Positions 25,516 through 35,649 of a stretch of 42,893 bases of DNA are shown here, one piece after another. Location of the stretch: positions 1-42,893 of the forward strand of contig CAYGNA010000001.1 of the NCBI GenBank assembly GCA_964351065.1, written 5' to 3'. Each line of letters starts with the position of its first letter. The first letter of the stretch is position 1. The notes beneath the pieces are model-generated. The model was not told where the DNA came from. It saw only the letters and a list, made by a program, of their open reading frames with translations, and ran no database searches. This DNA comes from an uncultured Pseudomonadales bacterium (GTDB lineage Bacteria > Pseudomonadota > Gammaproteobacteria > Pseudomonadales > Azotimanducaceae). A program made the position numbers and the translations under genes.

Positions 25516-26775
25516 TCAGGTTTTCCTCGATAGGCGTGCATAGAAGAAACCGTCGTTTCGATCCTGCGTCGGCAGTAGCTGGCGGCCATCACCAGCCGGT
25601 CGACCCCAGTTGCCGTCAATAGGCAGGACGCGGGCATCTGGTGTCTCTTCCAGGAAGCGCGCCACTACATGCTCGTTTTCCGCTGGAAAGATGGAACAGG
25701 TGGAGTACACGAGCTCCCCCCCCTTTTTTAGCAATTGCCAGGACCGGGTTAACAACTCAACTTGGGCGCTGGCAAGCTTAGCAATATCTGATTGCCTGCG
25801 CAGCAATTTAATGTCCGGGTGGCGGCGTATGATACCGGTGGCTGAGCAGGGTACGTCCAGCAAAATCCTGTCCATGCTCGCTTCATCGCTTTTCCAGGTC
25901 AGCAGATCGGAGACAATAACGCGACAGCTTTTACCAAGTCGTGCAAGGTTCTGCTCAATCTGGCGACACCGGCGCTGGTTGATATCAAGCGCGGTAAGAT
26001 TGAGCTCGCTCATGGTTTCCAGCATGTGACAGGTCTTGCCTCCGGGAGCGGCACAGGCATCCAGCACCCTCGCCCCCGGATACAGGTTCAGCAGTCCAGC
26101 AGCCAGCTGCGATGCTTCATCCTGCACGCTACAGAGACCTTCGCTGAAACCGGGCAGGCTGGTTGTTGGTACAGGCTCTGCCAGGTACAGGGCGGAATCT
26201 GATATCGCTCCTTCAGTTGATTCAATGCCAGCGCTGTTGAGCAGTAGCTGGTAGTTGGCTACTGTGGTCTTGCTTTGATTAACACGCAACGTCATGGGTG
26301 CGTGCTGGTTATTAGCGTCCATAATGGACGCGGCCTCCTCTCCCCATGCCTCCCGTAACACCCCGATAAGCCATGCCGGATGATTGGTTCTGGCTTCCTC
26401 GTTCGTCAAAACGCTACTATCGATCGATTCCCGGTTGCGAAGATAATTGCGAAGTACACCGTTAAGCAGCGCTTTGGCCCAGGGCTTGCCGATAGCAACA
26501 GCAGTCTCAACAACGGCATTGACGCTGGTATAGGCAGGACGCTTCAGCCGGGTTGCGCTATACAGACCGGCAAGCAAAAGTACCTGTAAGTCCATGTCTT
26601 TCTCGCCAAGCGGTTTGGAGACCAGTTTGTCGACCACGGCGTTCAGGTAGTAGTAATCCCGCAGCACACCATAGGCGATTTCCTTTGCGAGGGGGCTCGC
26701 TTCAACAAACTCCAGAGACTGGCCCGATTTGAGGACGGGTACCAGAGCATTGACTACATCAGTATATTCGCCCAT
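25516..26775 (-). CDS. rsmB: 16S rRNA (cytosine967-C5)-methyltransferase RsmB (Sun)
   Basis: 419 aa with a NusB-like N-domain, the SAM motif DACAAPGGKT, and the catalytic DVPCS / YSTCS motifs. It follows fmt. Confidence 0.92.
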   Translation of the reverse strand: MGEYTDVVNALVPVLKSGQSLEFVEASPLAKEIAYGVLRDYYYLNAVVDKLVSKPLGEKDMDLQVLLLAGLYSATRLKRPAYTSVNAVVETAVAIGKPWAKALLNGVLRNYLRNRESIDSSVLTNEEARTNHPAWLIGVLREAWGEEAASIMDANNQHAPMTLRVNQSKTTVANYQLLLNSAGIESTEGAISDSALYLAEPVPTTSLPGFSEGLCSVQDEASQLAAGLLNLYPGARVLDACAAPGGKTCHMLETMSELNLTALDINQRRCRQIEQNLARLGKSCRVIVSDLLTWKSDEASMDRILLDVPCSATGIIRRHPDIKLLRRQSDIAKLASAQVELLTRSWQLLKKGGELVYSTCSIFPAENEHVVARFLEETPDARVLPIDGNWGRPAGDGRQLLPTQDRNDGFFYARLSRKT

Positions 26776-27716
26776 TAAGTGTTCAGCCTTTTGCCTGGCG
26801 AGAAAGCCTCGCGCCGGGCGTTCAAAAGTTCTGCGGCGGAAAGGACTGTGCCCTTGCCGAGTGGGACCTGGAGTCTCAGAACTTTCAGTACGCCTTCTCC
26901 GCAGGCTATGTATATTCCCGTGTTGTCTGCGGCAAGAATGGTCCCCGCAGCCTCGCCGGACCGGTTCGGATATGCGTCAAGGGCACCCGCCTCCCAGATT
27001 CGAACCCTCAGGTTATCCAGGAACGCAAACGCAACCGGGTCAGGATTAAAGGCCTGGATGGTGCGCGCGAGTTCCCGGGCGGGCCTTGCAAAATCCAGCA
27101 GCGCCTCATCTTTCATGACCTTGTGAGCATAGGTGACGCCCGTTTCTTCCTGTACCCTGGCAACCGCCTGACCCAGAGCCAAATCATTGAGCGTTGACAG
27201 CAGCGCGTCACACCCGGCAGCAACAAGTTTGTCGGTCAGTGATGCGGCGTTGTCCTCCTGGGTGATTCCAACTTCATGCCGACGCAAGACCGGGCCGGTA
27301 TCCAGCCCTGCTTCCATCTGCATGATACAGACTCCCGTTGTCCGGTCCCCAGCCTGGATTGCGCGCTGTATGGGTGCGGCGCCGCGCCACCTGGGCAAGA
27401 GTGACGCATGTACATTTATGCAGCCGAGCCTTGGTCGGGCAAGCACATCCGGACGAAGAATCTGGCCGTAGGCGACGACCACCAGCACATCCAGATCTTT
27501 CTGGTCCAGATGGTCGACACCAATCTTTTCAGGTTGGATAACATCCAGCCCTGCTGCCAGGGCCACGTCCTTAACAGCACTCGCGACGGGTTTTTTGCCG
27601 CGTTTACCTGGTTTGTCAGGTTGCGTAACCACGCCGAGGACCTCGTGATCACTGGCGAGTAGAACGCGGAGATGAGCGGCGGCAAATGGTGGTGTGCCCG
27701 CAAAAACCAGTCTCAC
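26775..27716 (-). CDS. fmt: Methionyl-tRNA formyltransferase
   Basis: 313 aa (MRLVFAGTPPFAA…, HASLLPRWRGAAPIQ). GTG start. def-fmt pairing. Confidence 0.95.
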   Translation of the reverse strand: MRLVFAGTPPFAAAHLRVLLASDHEVLGVVTQPDKPGKRGKKPVASAVKDVALAAGLDVIQPEKIGVDHLDQKDLDVLVVVAYGQILRPDVLARPRLGCINVHASLLPRWRGAAPIQRAIQAGDRTTGVCIMQMEAGLDTGPVLRRHEVGITQEDNAASLTDKLVAAGCDALLSTLNDLALGQAVARVQEETGVTYAHKVMKDEALLDFARPARELARTIQAFNPDPVAFAFLDNLRVRIWEAGALDAYPNRSGEAAGTILAADNTGIYIACGEGVLKVLRLQVPLGKGTVLSAAELLNARREAFSPGKRLNT

Positions 27717-27811
27717 AATGGAATTCCTTTAGCTTGCTATGTTGGCTTGGTGTGTCGGTTTGCCATTTCGTATTGGTAAGTTGTATGGCCACGTCACAAC
27801 ACAAGGTCAGG

Positions 27812-28315
27812 CTAGGCCTGTTGTTTCTGCTGCTTTACCAGTTTTTTGCGGATGAGCTGGCGCTTTGTGCTCGAGATGTAATCAACAAACAGTTTACCAT
27901 CCAGATGATCCATTTCGTGTTGGATGCAGACCGCAAGAAGGTCACTCGCCTCCATGGTGAACGGATTTCCTTCCCTGTCGATGGCGTTCACCTGTATTTG
28001 TCTGGCGCGAAAAACGGGCTCATAGTACCCCGGAACTGACAGGCAACCCTCGCTGGTCTCTATTTCACCTTCAACTGCAACAATCTCGGGATTGATCAGC
28101 ACCAGGGGACGGTCTTTATCCTCTGAGACGTCGGTCACCAGCAGTCGCTGGTGGACGTTTACCTGGCTCGCAGCCAGTCCGATTCCTGGTGCCTGGTACA
28201 TGGTTTCCAGCATATCGTCGACCAGCTTTGCGAGCTTGCCTGTGACATTTTCCACGGGTCGGGCGACGGTTCGCAGACGAGGGTCAGGGAATTCCAAAAT
28301 CTCGAGTAACGCCAT
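27812..28315 (-). CDS. def: Peptide deformylase
   Basis: 167 aa with the GIGLAA, EGCLS and HEMDH motifs. Confidence 0.96.
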   Translation of the reverse strand: MALLEILEFPDPRLRTVARPVENVTGKLAKLVDDMLETMYQAPGIGLAASQVNVHQRLLVTDVSEDKDRPLVLINPEIVAVEGEIETSEGCLSVPGYYEPVFRARQIQVNAIDREGNPFTMEASDLLAVCIQHEMDHLDGKLFVDYISSTKRQLIRKKLVKQQKQQA

Positions 28316-28458
28316 AAGGTTTAATCAGATACCTCTAGTAATAATGCAAGTTGTGCTGCTAAGATGATGATCAACTTGATAATTCAGTTGGTCGCCGTGT
28401 GCGTGTTACGCCTCGACGAACCTGCTATTGTACTATTTTTGGAGACGGGATTCGCCCC

Positions 28459-29529
28459 ATGAGGAAATTTCTTCTCGCGGTCGTTGTGGTTCTGGCCTGG
28501 GGTCAGTCGCTGGCTGCAGATTCAATCCTGAGGCCCAATCATCCTGACCGATACACGGTGCAGCAGGGCGACACGCTCTGGGATATCGCTTCCAAGTTTC
28601 TGACAGATGCCTGGCTCTGGCCAGAGATCTGGCATGTGAATCCCTCAATCGAGAATCCTCACCTTATTTATCCGGGAGACACTATTTCGCTGTCTTATGT
28701 TGATGGTGCCCCCCAACTTACGCTAGAACGCGGACTGGCGGGTAGAACCGAGAAACTGAGTCCCGGGCAGCCAGTGTTCAGCGGCGACAGAAATAAAAAA
28801 GTTGAGCCACGCGTGCGTAGCCAACCGCTTGCCAGCGCGATCCCTGCCATTCCACTCGATGCGATCGCCAGTTTGCTCACCACAGGTCGTATTGTCGAAG
28901 CAGATACCCTCGCTGCTGCGCCCCACATACTTGCGGGTACGGCAGACCGACTGATTTTTGGACCCGGCGACGGTTTTTACGCGAGGGGTGATTGGCAGGG
29001 AGAATCAACGGTCTATGGGATCTTCAGGGCAGGTGAGATTTACCGGGATCCGGAAACCCGGGAAATCCTGGGCTATGAAGCGATTGAAGTGGGTGCTGCG
29101 AGTGTTGAGGCACGCCACGGTGACGTTTACACCATGGCGCTGACCAGCGTAAAACAGGACGTCAGGATCGGTGACAGACTCTTGCCAACCGAAGAACGGC
29201 GAGTTGAATCCACTTTTTATCCATCTGCGCCAGCTGAAGATGTGAGCGGCGTGATTATGACAGTCCTGGGTGGCGTTACCCAGGTCGGACGTAACGATGT
29301 GGTGGCCATTAACCGCGGCACCAAAGACGGGCTTGAAGTTGGCCATGTGCTTGCCATCAGCAAGAGCGGCAATGTGGTTCGTGACCGAGTTTTTCGCGAT
29401 CAGGTAAAGCTGCCAATGGAGCGCGCGGGCCTGATGATGGTTTTCCGGACCTTTGAAAAGATGTCATATGGTCTGGTGCTGCAGACCGAGGAACCGCTCC
29501 GCGTGGGCGATGTCGTTCAGAAACCCTAG
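28459..29529 (+). CDS. LysM peptidoglycan-binding protein (TsaP-like, secreted)
   Basis: Signal peptide MRKFLLAVVVVLAWGQSLAA followed by a LysM domain (YTVQQGDTLWDIASKF…YPGDTISL). The position between def and dprA matches the Pseudomonas TsaP locus. Confidence 0.8.
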   Translation: MRKFLLAVVVVLAWGQSLAADSILRPNHPDRYTVQQGDTLWDIASKFLTDAWLWPEIWHVNPSIENPHLIYPGDTISLSYVDGAPQLTLERGLAGRTEKLSPGQPVFSGDRNKKVEPRVRSQPLASAIPAIPLDAIASLLTTGRIVEADTLAAAPHILAGTADRLIFGPGDGFYARGDWQGESTVYGIFRAGEIYRDPETREILGYEAIEVGAASVEARHGDVYTMALTSVKQDVRIGDRLLPTEERRVESTFYPSAPAEDVSGVIMTVLGGVTQVGRNDVVAINRGTKDGLEVGHVLAISKSGNVVRDRVFRDQVKLPMERAGLMMVFRTFEKMSYGLVLQTEEPLRVGDVVQKP

Positions 29530-29600
29530 CAAAACACCCCTGTTGCGATAGCTGGCAGTACCTTTAATCTCCCCCCGTCATACCGTCGCGGGGGGATCAA

Positions 29601-30719
29601 TTGCTGCAGAATTCAGAGAGACGTGCCCGTCTTCGCCTGCATCGCCAGATTGGCAATCGATGGCGCCTTCACAAACACTTGCTTGATGAGTTTGGCTCTG
29701 CCGTCGCGATTTATCACGCGGTGCTCGATGGGCATCCTATCGTCCAGCTGCTCCCGCCGCCGATAGCCGAACGGTTATCCCGTCGGCGCAATGTGGTGCT
29801 TGAGCGCAGGCTGGATGAAGATGAAGCCTGGCTGGCAGAACCTGGTCGAAGTCTGCTGGTTGCCGGCGAACCCGGATATCCCGCCAGGCTTGAGCAGATA
29901 TACGATCCGCCACACCTGTTATTTGTACATGGTGATGTCGGCCTGTTGGACAGCCTGCAGGTAGCGATCGTGGGCAGTCGTCGAATGTCTGCTTATGGTC
30001 GCCGAACTGCGCAGCGGCTGGCGGGTGATCTGGCGCGCGGCGGAATTACAGTCACCAGCGGCCTCGCGCTAGGTATCGATGCCGCCGCTCACCTTGGCGC
30101 GCTGACAGCAGGCGGTAACACCGTAGCGGTACTTGGTTCAGGGTGTGACGTTCATTATCCGCCAACCAATCGGCGCCTGGCCGAGCGAATCTCCACCGAG
30201 GGGACGATTGTCTCGGAATTGCCGCTGGGAACCCCTGCTCGCGCGCATCAATTTCCGAGTCGAAACCGCATCGTGACGGGGCTCTCGCAGGGTACCCTGG
30301 TTGTGGAGGCGGCGCAGCGCAGCGGTTCGCTCATTTCTGCCCGCCTTGCGCTTGAACAAGGACGGGATGTATTTGCCGTTCCGGGTTCTGTCGAGAGCCC
30401 CCAGAGTCGAGGCTGTCACGAATTGATCCGCAGCGGCGCACGACTGGTTGAAACCATCGACGACATCTACGAGGAGCTGGGTTATGTGGGCGCAAAAAAT
30501 GATATGACGCCTGCTGGTCCTGAACTATCGGGTGAACAGAAAGCGCTGCTTGCTCACCTCAGTGGCGAATCTCTTGTGGTCGACGCTCTTGCTGATGTGA
30601 CGGGAAAGCCTGTTGCAACCTTGCTGGGTTTGCTGACAGAACTCGAAATCGAGGGGTTGGTCGAGAAAGGTCCGGGCGGCTACCGGCTGGCAGCGCTTGC
30701 GCTTGAAAGCCTGCACTGA
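29601..30719 (+). CDS. dprA: DNA-processing protein DprA (Smf)
   Basis: 372 aa with the Rossmann-like core (AIVGSRRMSAYG…SGLALGIDAAAH…FPSRNRI) and a C-terminal winged helix. TTG start; the start is uncertain. Confidence 0.9.
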   Translation: MLQNSERRARLRLHRQIGNRWRLHKHLLDEFGSAVAIYHAVLDGHPIVQLLPPPIAERLSRRRNVVLERRLDEDEAWLAEPGRSLLVAGEPGYPARLEQIYDPPHLLFVHGDVGLLDSLQVAIVGSRRMSAYGRRTAQRLAGDLARGGITVTSGLALGIDAAAHLGALTAGGNTVAVLGSGCDVHYPPTNRRLAERISTEGTIVSELPLGTPARAHQFPSRNRIVTGLSQGTLVVEAAQRSGSLISARLALEQGRDVFAVPGSVESPQSRGCHELIRSGARLVETIDDIYEELGYVGAKNDMTPAGPELSGEQKALLAHLSGESLVVDALADVTGKPVATLLGLLTELEIEGLVEKGPGGYRLAALALESLH

Positions 30720-30774
30720 ACCAGTTAACTTGCGGCTCGCAAAGTTTCCCGGCCAAAACCGGCCCAGGTCGCCG

Positions 30775-31128
30775 ATGTTGATGTTCCCATGGCGTGCCCG
30801 CCTTATCGCACAACGTCTCAGCGCGGGCGCGGTTATCGCCTGCCCCACGGAGACCGTGTGGGGATGCGGCGAACATGACACTGTTGCACTGCGGGTCTCA
30901 ACTCACCCCATAATCCAGTCCATTTGTGCGGAACTGGGTGAGCCTATCGTGTCAACCTCGGCAAACCCGACGGGTAAGACGCCGGCACGGACCGCACTGC
31001 GACTTCGCCAGTATTTTCCCACCGGACTTGATCTCATTGTCAGCAGCGAAACCTGCAACGCTTCGGCTGCCAGTGAGATACGTAACCTGCGGACGGGTAA
31101 GGTTGTTAGAGAAGGAGATGGCTCTTGA
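30775..31128 (+). CDS. tsaC: Internally shortened TsaC/YrdC-family protein (threonylcarbamoyl-AMP synthase remnant?)
   Basis: 117 aa. The N-terminus (AVIACPTETVWGCG) joins directly to the C-terminal half (HDTVALRVSTHP…VSTSANPTG…EIRNLRTG). The roughly 70 residues normally between them, including the KxR motif, are absent. Confidence 0.7.
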   Translation: MLMFPWRARLIAQRLSAGAVIACPTETVWGCGEHDTVALRVSTHPIIQSICAELGEPIVSTSANPTGKTPARTALRLRQYFPTGLDLIVSSETCNASAASEIRNLRTGKVVREGDGS

Positions 31129-31931
31129 ACAGGTTGGCAGTGATCGGCAATCCGGTAGCGCACAGTCGCTCTCCCGAAATTCATCTGGCTTTTGGCCAGC
31201 AGACCGGCGTTTTATTGTCGTACGAAAAAGTGCTCGCTCCACTGGACAATTTTGCGGGGATAGCGCGAGGACTGGTAGGAGCAGGTATAGGTGGCTTCAA
31301 TGTGACCGTGCCGTTCAAGCATGATGCTTTCCTGCTGGTAGACAATAAGTCAGCCACTGCTGCTGCCAGCGAAGCCGTCAATACCGTCACGGTCGTGGAA
31401 GGCGGAAAACTCCTGGGTGACAATACGGATGGGGCAGGACTTGTCGCAGATATCACGCAAAACCTGGGTTGGAAAATTGAGGGAGCACGCATTCTGGTGC
31501 TTGGTGCTGGTGGCGCGGTGAGCGGCGTCTTGCCGGCACTGCTGGCAGAGCGACCCGCCTGCATTGAAATTATGAACCGAACCAGGGCAAAAGCGGATGC
31601 GCTGGCAGAACGATTTGACGTCGGGGTAGTCGATAATCCCGGCATGGCCTATGACCTGATCATCAGCGGTTCATCAGGCGGCTTGGCTGGTGCAGAGGTG
31701 CAACTGCCACAAAGTGCTGTATCCACCGCTACCTGCTGCTATGACATGATCTATGGGGCCAGTACGACGCCGTTTGTTTCCTGGGCCTCCCAGGCAGGTG
31801 CCAGCCGAACCAGCGATGGACTGGGCATGTTGGTGGAACAGGCGGCACTGGCGTTCAGTTGCTGGTTTGATGTTCTGCCAGAGACAAAACCTGTTATCGC
31901 CGCGCTGCGTAAAACTGTCGGAGGAAAATGA
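31125..31931 (+). CDS. aroE: Shikimate dehydrogenase
   Basis: 268 aa (LAVIGNPVAHSRSPEIH, NVTVPFK, GAGGA). TTG start overlapping the tsaC stop. Confidence 0.93.
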   Translation: MNRLAVIGNPVAHSRSPEIHLAFGQQTGVLLSYEKVLAPLDNFAGIARGLVGAGIGGFNVTVPFKHDAFLLVDNKSATAAASEAVNTVTVVEGGKLLGDNTDGAGLVADITQNLGWKIEGARILVLGAGGAVSGVLPALLAERPACIEIMNRTRAKADALAERFDVGVVDNPGMAYDLIISGSSGGLAGAEVQLPQSAVSTATCCYDMIYGASTTPFVSWASQAGASRTSDGLGMLVEQAALAFSCWFDVLPETKPVIAALRKTVGGK

Positions 31932-33976
31932 TGACAAACGCATTACTGGAATTCCATGAACTACCACCCTTTGGCAGGATTACGCCAGCCGATGTAGTGC
32001 CGGGAGTGGACGCCCTGCTAAGCGAGAACCGGGCAGCGCTCGCAGAGACGCTGGCGCGCGGTATTGCCACCTTTGAGGGGCTGGTAAAAGTGCAGGAAGA
32101 GAACGACGACAGGTTGACGGCTGCCTTTTCACCCGTGAGCCATCTCAACAGCGTCAAGAATTCTGCCGAATTACGTACTGCCTATGACGCCTGTGTGCCA
32201 AAGCTCAGCGACTATTACACTGAAGTGATGCAGAATCCTGCGCTGTTTGCGGCTTACGAAGAGATCAGGAGCAGTGCTGCTTTTGCGGATCTGGGCACGG
32301 CTGAACAAAAAGTCGTGGAGAATGCGATCCGTGATTTCAGGCTGGCGGGCATTGGTCTGCCAGAGGCCAAACAGCAGCAATTTGCAGCGATAAGTCGAAG
32401 GCTCTCCGAGTTGGCCAGCGAATTCAGCAACAATGTACTTGATGCCACTATGGCGTGGACCAGGGTCTTTGACTCCGCGGATGACCTCACTGGGCTACCA
32501 GCGAGCGCCCTGGCTCTGGCTGCGCAAAACGCGCGTCAGCGTGACCAGCAGGGCTACCTGTTTACGCTCGATGCACCTTGCTACTTGCCCGTTATGACCT
32601 ACTGCGAGAACCGGGATTTTCGGCGTGAAATCTATGAAGCCTATGTTACCCGGGCATCTGACCAGGGGCCGAATGCGGGCGAGTACGACAATAGTGAAAT
32701 CCTGCTGGAAATAATGACCCTGCGCCAGGACAAGGCCCGGCTGTTGGGTTATCAAAATTTCGCAGAACTCTCGCTGGCGACCAAAATGGCCAGGACGACC
32801 GAAGACGTGCTGTCGTTCCTCACAGAACTGGCGACTCATGCAAAGCCTAGGGCAGAAGAAGAATTTGCCGAAATCTGCGAGTTTGCCCGCGTCCAGTTCG
32901 GTGCGGACGTCGTAGAGCCCTGGGATGTAGCCTTTTATGCCGAGAAGCTGAAGCAGGAGCGTTTCCTCGTCTCGGACGAAGACCTGCGACCCTATTTCCC
33001 GGCTCCACAGGTCCTGCAGGGCATGTTTGAAGTCGTACGGCGGCTGTTTGATATTGAAGTGCGTGAAACCGAGGGCATCGAGACCTGGCATCCGGACGTC
33101 ACAACTTATGGCGTCTATCGCGAGGGGAAACTATTCGCCCGGTTCTACCTGGATCTTTACGCGCGGGCCAACAAGCGTGGTGGCGCGTGGATGGACGATT
33201 GCCGTGTTCGGCGGGTACGACTGGATGGCAGCCTGCAGCTTCCGGTCGCCTTTCTCACCTGCAATTTTAGTGCGCCAGTGGGCGACCAGCCGGCATTACT
33301 GACGCATACCGAGGTAGTGACGCTGTTCCACGAGTTCGGCCACGGCCTGCATCACATGCTGACCCGGGTGGATGCTGCAGCTGTTTCAGGCATTAATGGC
33401 GTTTCGTGGGATGCTGTGGAACTGCCGAGCCAGATTATGGAGAACTGGTGCTGGGAGGAAGAGGCGCTGCAGTTTATTTCATCCCATGTTGAGACAGGTG
33501 AACCCCTGCCGGCGGATTTGCTGGCGAAGATGCTGGCTGCCCGAAACTTCCAATCCGCGATGATGACAGTTCGACAACTGGAGTTTGCCCTGTTTGATTT
33601 CCGGCTCCACATGGCGTTTGACGACGCCTCCGGTTCAGCGCAGGTCCAGCAGATCCTCGATGAGGTTCGAAGTGAGGTCTCGGTTGTTCCCGTCCCTGCA
33701 TTTAATCGTTTCCAACAGGCTTTCAGTCATATTTTTGCTGGTGGCTATGCTGCAGGCTACTACAGCTACAAATGGGCAGAAGTACTTTCTGCTGACGCCT
33801 TCGCGTTATTCCAGAGACAGGGCATATTCAATCGCCAGACCGGCGAGAGGTTCCTGGATACGGTGCTCGAACAGGGCGGCAGCGTTGACGCGATGGATCT
33901 CTTTGTTGCCTTTCGGGGCCGGGAGCCGGATATCAACGCCCTGCTGCTTCAAGATGGGATTATCCAGGGTGGCTGA
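31928..33976 (+). CDS. prlC: Oligopeptidase A (M3 metallopeptidase)
   Basis: 682 aa with the HEFGH zinc motif and M3-family blocks. ATGA overlap with aroE. Confidence 0.93.
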   Translation: MMTNALLEFHELPPFGRITPADVVPGVDALLSENRAALAETLARGIATFEGLVKVQEENDDRLTAAFSPVSHLNSVKNSAELRTAYDACVPKLSDYYTEVMQNPALFAAYEEIRSSAAFADLGTAEQKVVENAIRDFRLAGIGLPEAKQQQFAAISRRLSELASEFSNNVLDATMAWTRVFDSADDLTGLPASALALAAQNARQRDQQGYLFTLDAPCYLPVMTYCENRDFRREIYEAYVTRASDQGPNAGEYDNSEILLEIMTLRQDKARLLGYQNFAELSLATKMARTTEDVLSFLTELATHAKPRAEEEFAEICEFARVQFGADVVEPWDVAFYAEKLKQERFLVSDEDLRPYFPAPQVLQGMFEVVRRLFDIEVRETEGIETWHPDVTTYGVYREGKLFARFYLDLYARANKRGGAWMDDCRVRRVRLDGSLQLPVAFLTCNFSAPVGDQPALLTHTEVVTLFHEFGHGLHHMLTRVDAAAVSGINGVSWDAVELPSQIMENWCWEEEALQFISSHVETGEPLPADLLAKMLAARNFQSAMMTVRQLEFALFDFRLHMAFDDASGSAQVQQILDEVRSEVSVVPVPAFNRFQQAFSHIFAGGYAAGYYSYKWAEVLSADAFALFQRQGIFNRQTGERFLDTVLEQGGSVDAMDLFVAFRGREPDINALLLQDGIIQGG

Positions 33977-34157
33977 GCCTGTAAAGCGGTTCATTGCCGG
34001 GGCGCGTTGTCCATCCTGTGGTGAGATGGACACTGTATTTATCCTTAAGGCGGCCGAGGGCGTGACTCGCCACTGTTCAAGGTGCAGCCTTGACGAAAAG
34101 CTGCCTGAGGCTCTCGCGCCTGCCTCGGATTGGACACCCGTTCGACTCAAGGACTAA
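33969..34157 (+). CDS. YheV-family zinc-ribbon protein
   Basis: A GTG start gives 62 aa: VAEPVKRFIAGARCPSCGEMD…CSRCS. It has two CxxC pairs and resembles E. coli YheV (…KRFIAGAKCPAC…, recalled from memory). Confidence 0.55.
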   Translation: MAEPVKRFIAGARCPSCGEMDTVFILKAAEGVTRHCSRCSLDEKLPEALAPASDWTPVRLKD

Positions 34158-34232
34158 TCGCCTGCTGGGAGTATGGTATTTGCCCCGTTTCTAGCAGGCT
34201 ATAAGAATCGCTGAAAGGCGCTGTTTGACTGG

Positions 34233-34260
34233 TTGAGAAAAGGATCGTCGCTGCTATAAT
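34233..34260 (+). promoter_or_regulatory. Candidate sigma70 promoter about 250 nt upstream of coxB
   Basis: TTGAGA (34233-34238), a 16-nt spacer, then TATAAT (34255-34260). Confidence 0.4.
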
Positions 34261-34509
34261 TGCCCGGCGCTGATACCCTCCCTGGTAAATGGTCTCTCCG
34301 CGTTAGCCTGCTTCAACATGAACGAAGTAGAACAATCTAAAAATAATAATTGGGAAATGTGGTCGTCTCGAATGGTACAAGTGCGGCTCCTGATATTGAC
34401 GCCTAACCAGCGCGATTGTCATTGGCCCGGCGAGATAACCAAACGCGCCTGCTGAACCTGTACAATCCCTGTTGTCAGGAAAATTGATTTAAAAAATTTG
34501 GAGTATCGG

Positions 34510-35649
34510 ATGGAAAGAGCGAAGCAGTTCGTATGGCCAGTTGCTTTGATGTCGCTGCTGTACAGTGGTGCAGCCACAGCAAGTTGGTCGGCGCTCAACA
34601 TGCGCGAAGGGGTTACTGAGATCAGTCGGCAGGTTTACTCACTGCACATGATCATCTTCCTGGTCTGCGTTGTAATCGGCGTAATCGTATTTGGCGTCAT
34701 GATTGTTTCAATGCTGATGCACAGGAAATCGCTCGGCGTTACCCCCGCCACATTTCATGACAATACCCGGCTCGAAATCCTCTGGACTGTCATCCCGATT
34801 GTCATCCTGTTGGTAATGGCAGTGCCCGCAACTACCACGCTGAATGCCATGTACGATGCTGGTGAACCTGACATCGACATTGAGGTGCGCGGATACCAGT
34901 GGAAATGGCAGTACACCTATCTGGACGATGACCCGATGAAGGAGGTCAAGTTCATGAGTGCGCTCCTCACGCCGCAGGAAGAAATTTACAACCAGGCAGC
35001 GAAACGAGAGCAATATCTGCTGGATGTCGACAACCCCCTGGTAATCCCTATCAACAAGAGAGTCCGTTTTCTGGTGACATCACAGGATGTCATTCACTCT
35101 TTCTGGGTTCCGGACTTCGCTGTCAAGCGCGATGCAATTCCCGGCTTTATTCATGAGGCATGGACGGTTGTTGAAAAGCCCGGTATTTACCGAGGCCAGT
35201 GTGCAGAGCTTTGTGGCAAGGATCATGGATTCATGCCGATTGTGGTTCGCGCCGTTGAACAAGCCGAATACGACGCCTGGATTGAGGAGAAGCGTGCTGA
35301 GGCTGCCGCCGTCTTCGAGATTGTTGGCAAGGAGTGGACCATGGAAGAACTCATGGTCAAGGGTGAAGAAGTTTACCTGCGCAACTGCGCAACCTGTCAC
35401 CAGGCGAACGGTCAGGGTATCCCACCTGCTTTCCCGACGCTGGTTGGTTCGGCAATCGCAACGGGTCCAATCGCAGGTCACATTGATATTATTCTGCATG
35501 GCAAGGCCGGTACCGCCATGCAGGCTTTTGCAGCGCAGTTGAATGCAGCAGAGATCGCCGCGGTGACCACGTATGAGCGAAATGCCTGGGGCAACAATGT
35601 GGGTGATATGGTTCAACCACGCGAAATCAACGCAATGATGGGCGAATAG
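34510..35649 (+). CDS. coxB: Cytochrome c oxidase subunit II with a fused C-terminal cytochrome c domain
   Basis: CuA motif HSFWVP…CAELCGKDHGFM and haem-c motif CATCH. The ATG at 34510 follows a GGAG RBS. The longest ORF starts at TTG 34498. Confidence 0.93.
   Translation: MERAKQFVWPVALMSLLYSGAATASWSALNMREGVTEISRQVYSLHMIIFLVCVVIGVIVFGVMIVSMLMHRKSLGVTPATFHDNTRLEILWTVIPIVILLVMAVPATTTLNAMYDAGEPDIDIEVRGYQWKWQYTYLDDDPMKEVKFMSALLTPQEEIYNQAAKREQYLLDVDNPLVIPINKRVRFLVTSQDVIHSFWVPDFAVKRDAIPGFIHEAWTVVEKPGIYRGQCAELCGKDHGFMPIVVRAVEQAEYDAWIEEKRAEAAAVFEIVGKEWTMEELMVKGEEVYLRNCATCHQANGQGIPPAFPTLVGSAIATGPIAGHIDIILHGKAGTAMQAFAAQLNAAEIAAVTTYERNAWGNNVGDMVQPREINAMMGE

Noticed and set aside
29570-29596. 8-bp G/C hairpin (TCCCCCCG…CGGGGGGA) just before the dprA start
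   Set aside because: There is no downstream U-tract, so it is not a convincing intrinsic terminator for the LysM gene. It might affect dprA translation, but the sequence gives no further support.
34318-34455. 45-aa upstream ORF (MNEVEQSKNNNWEMW…) in the coxB leader
   Set aside because: It has no Shine-Dalgarno sequence and no recognisable features. It cannot be distinguished from chance in a 350-bp gap.
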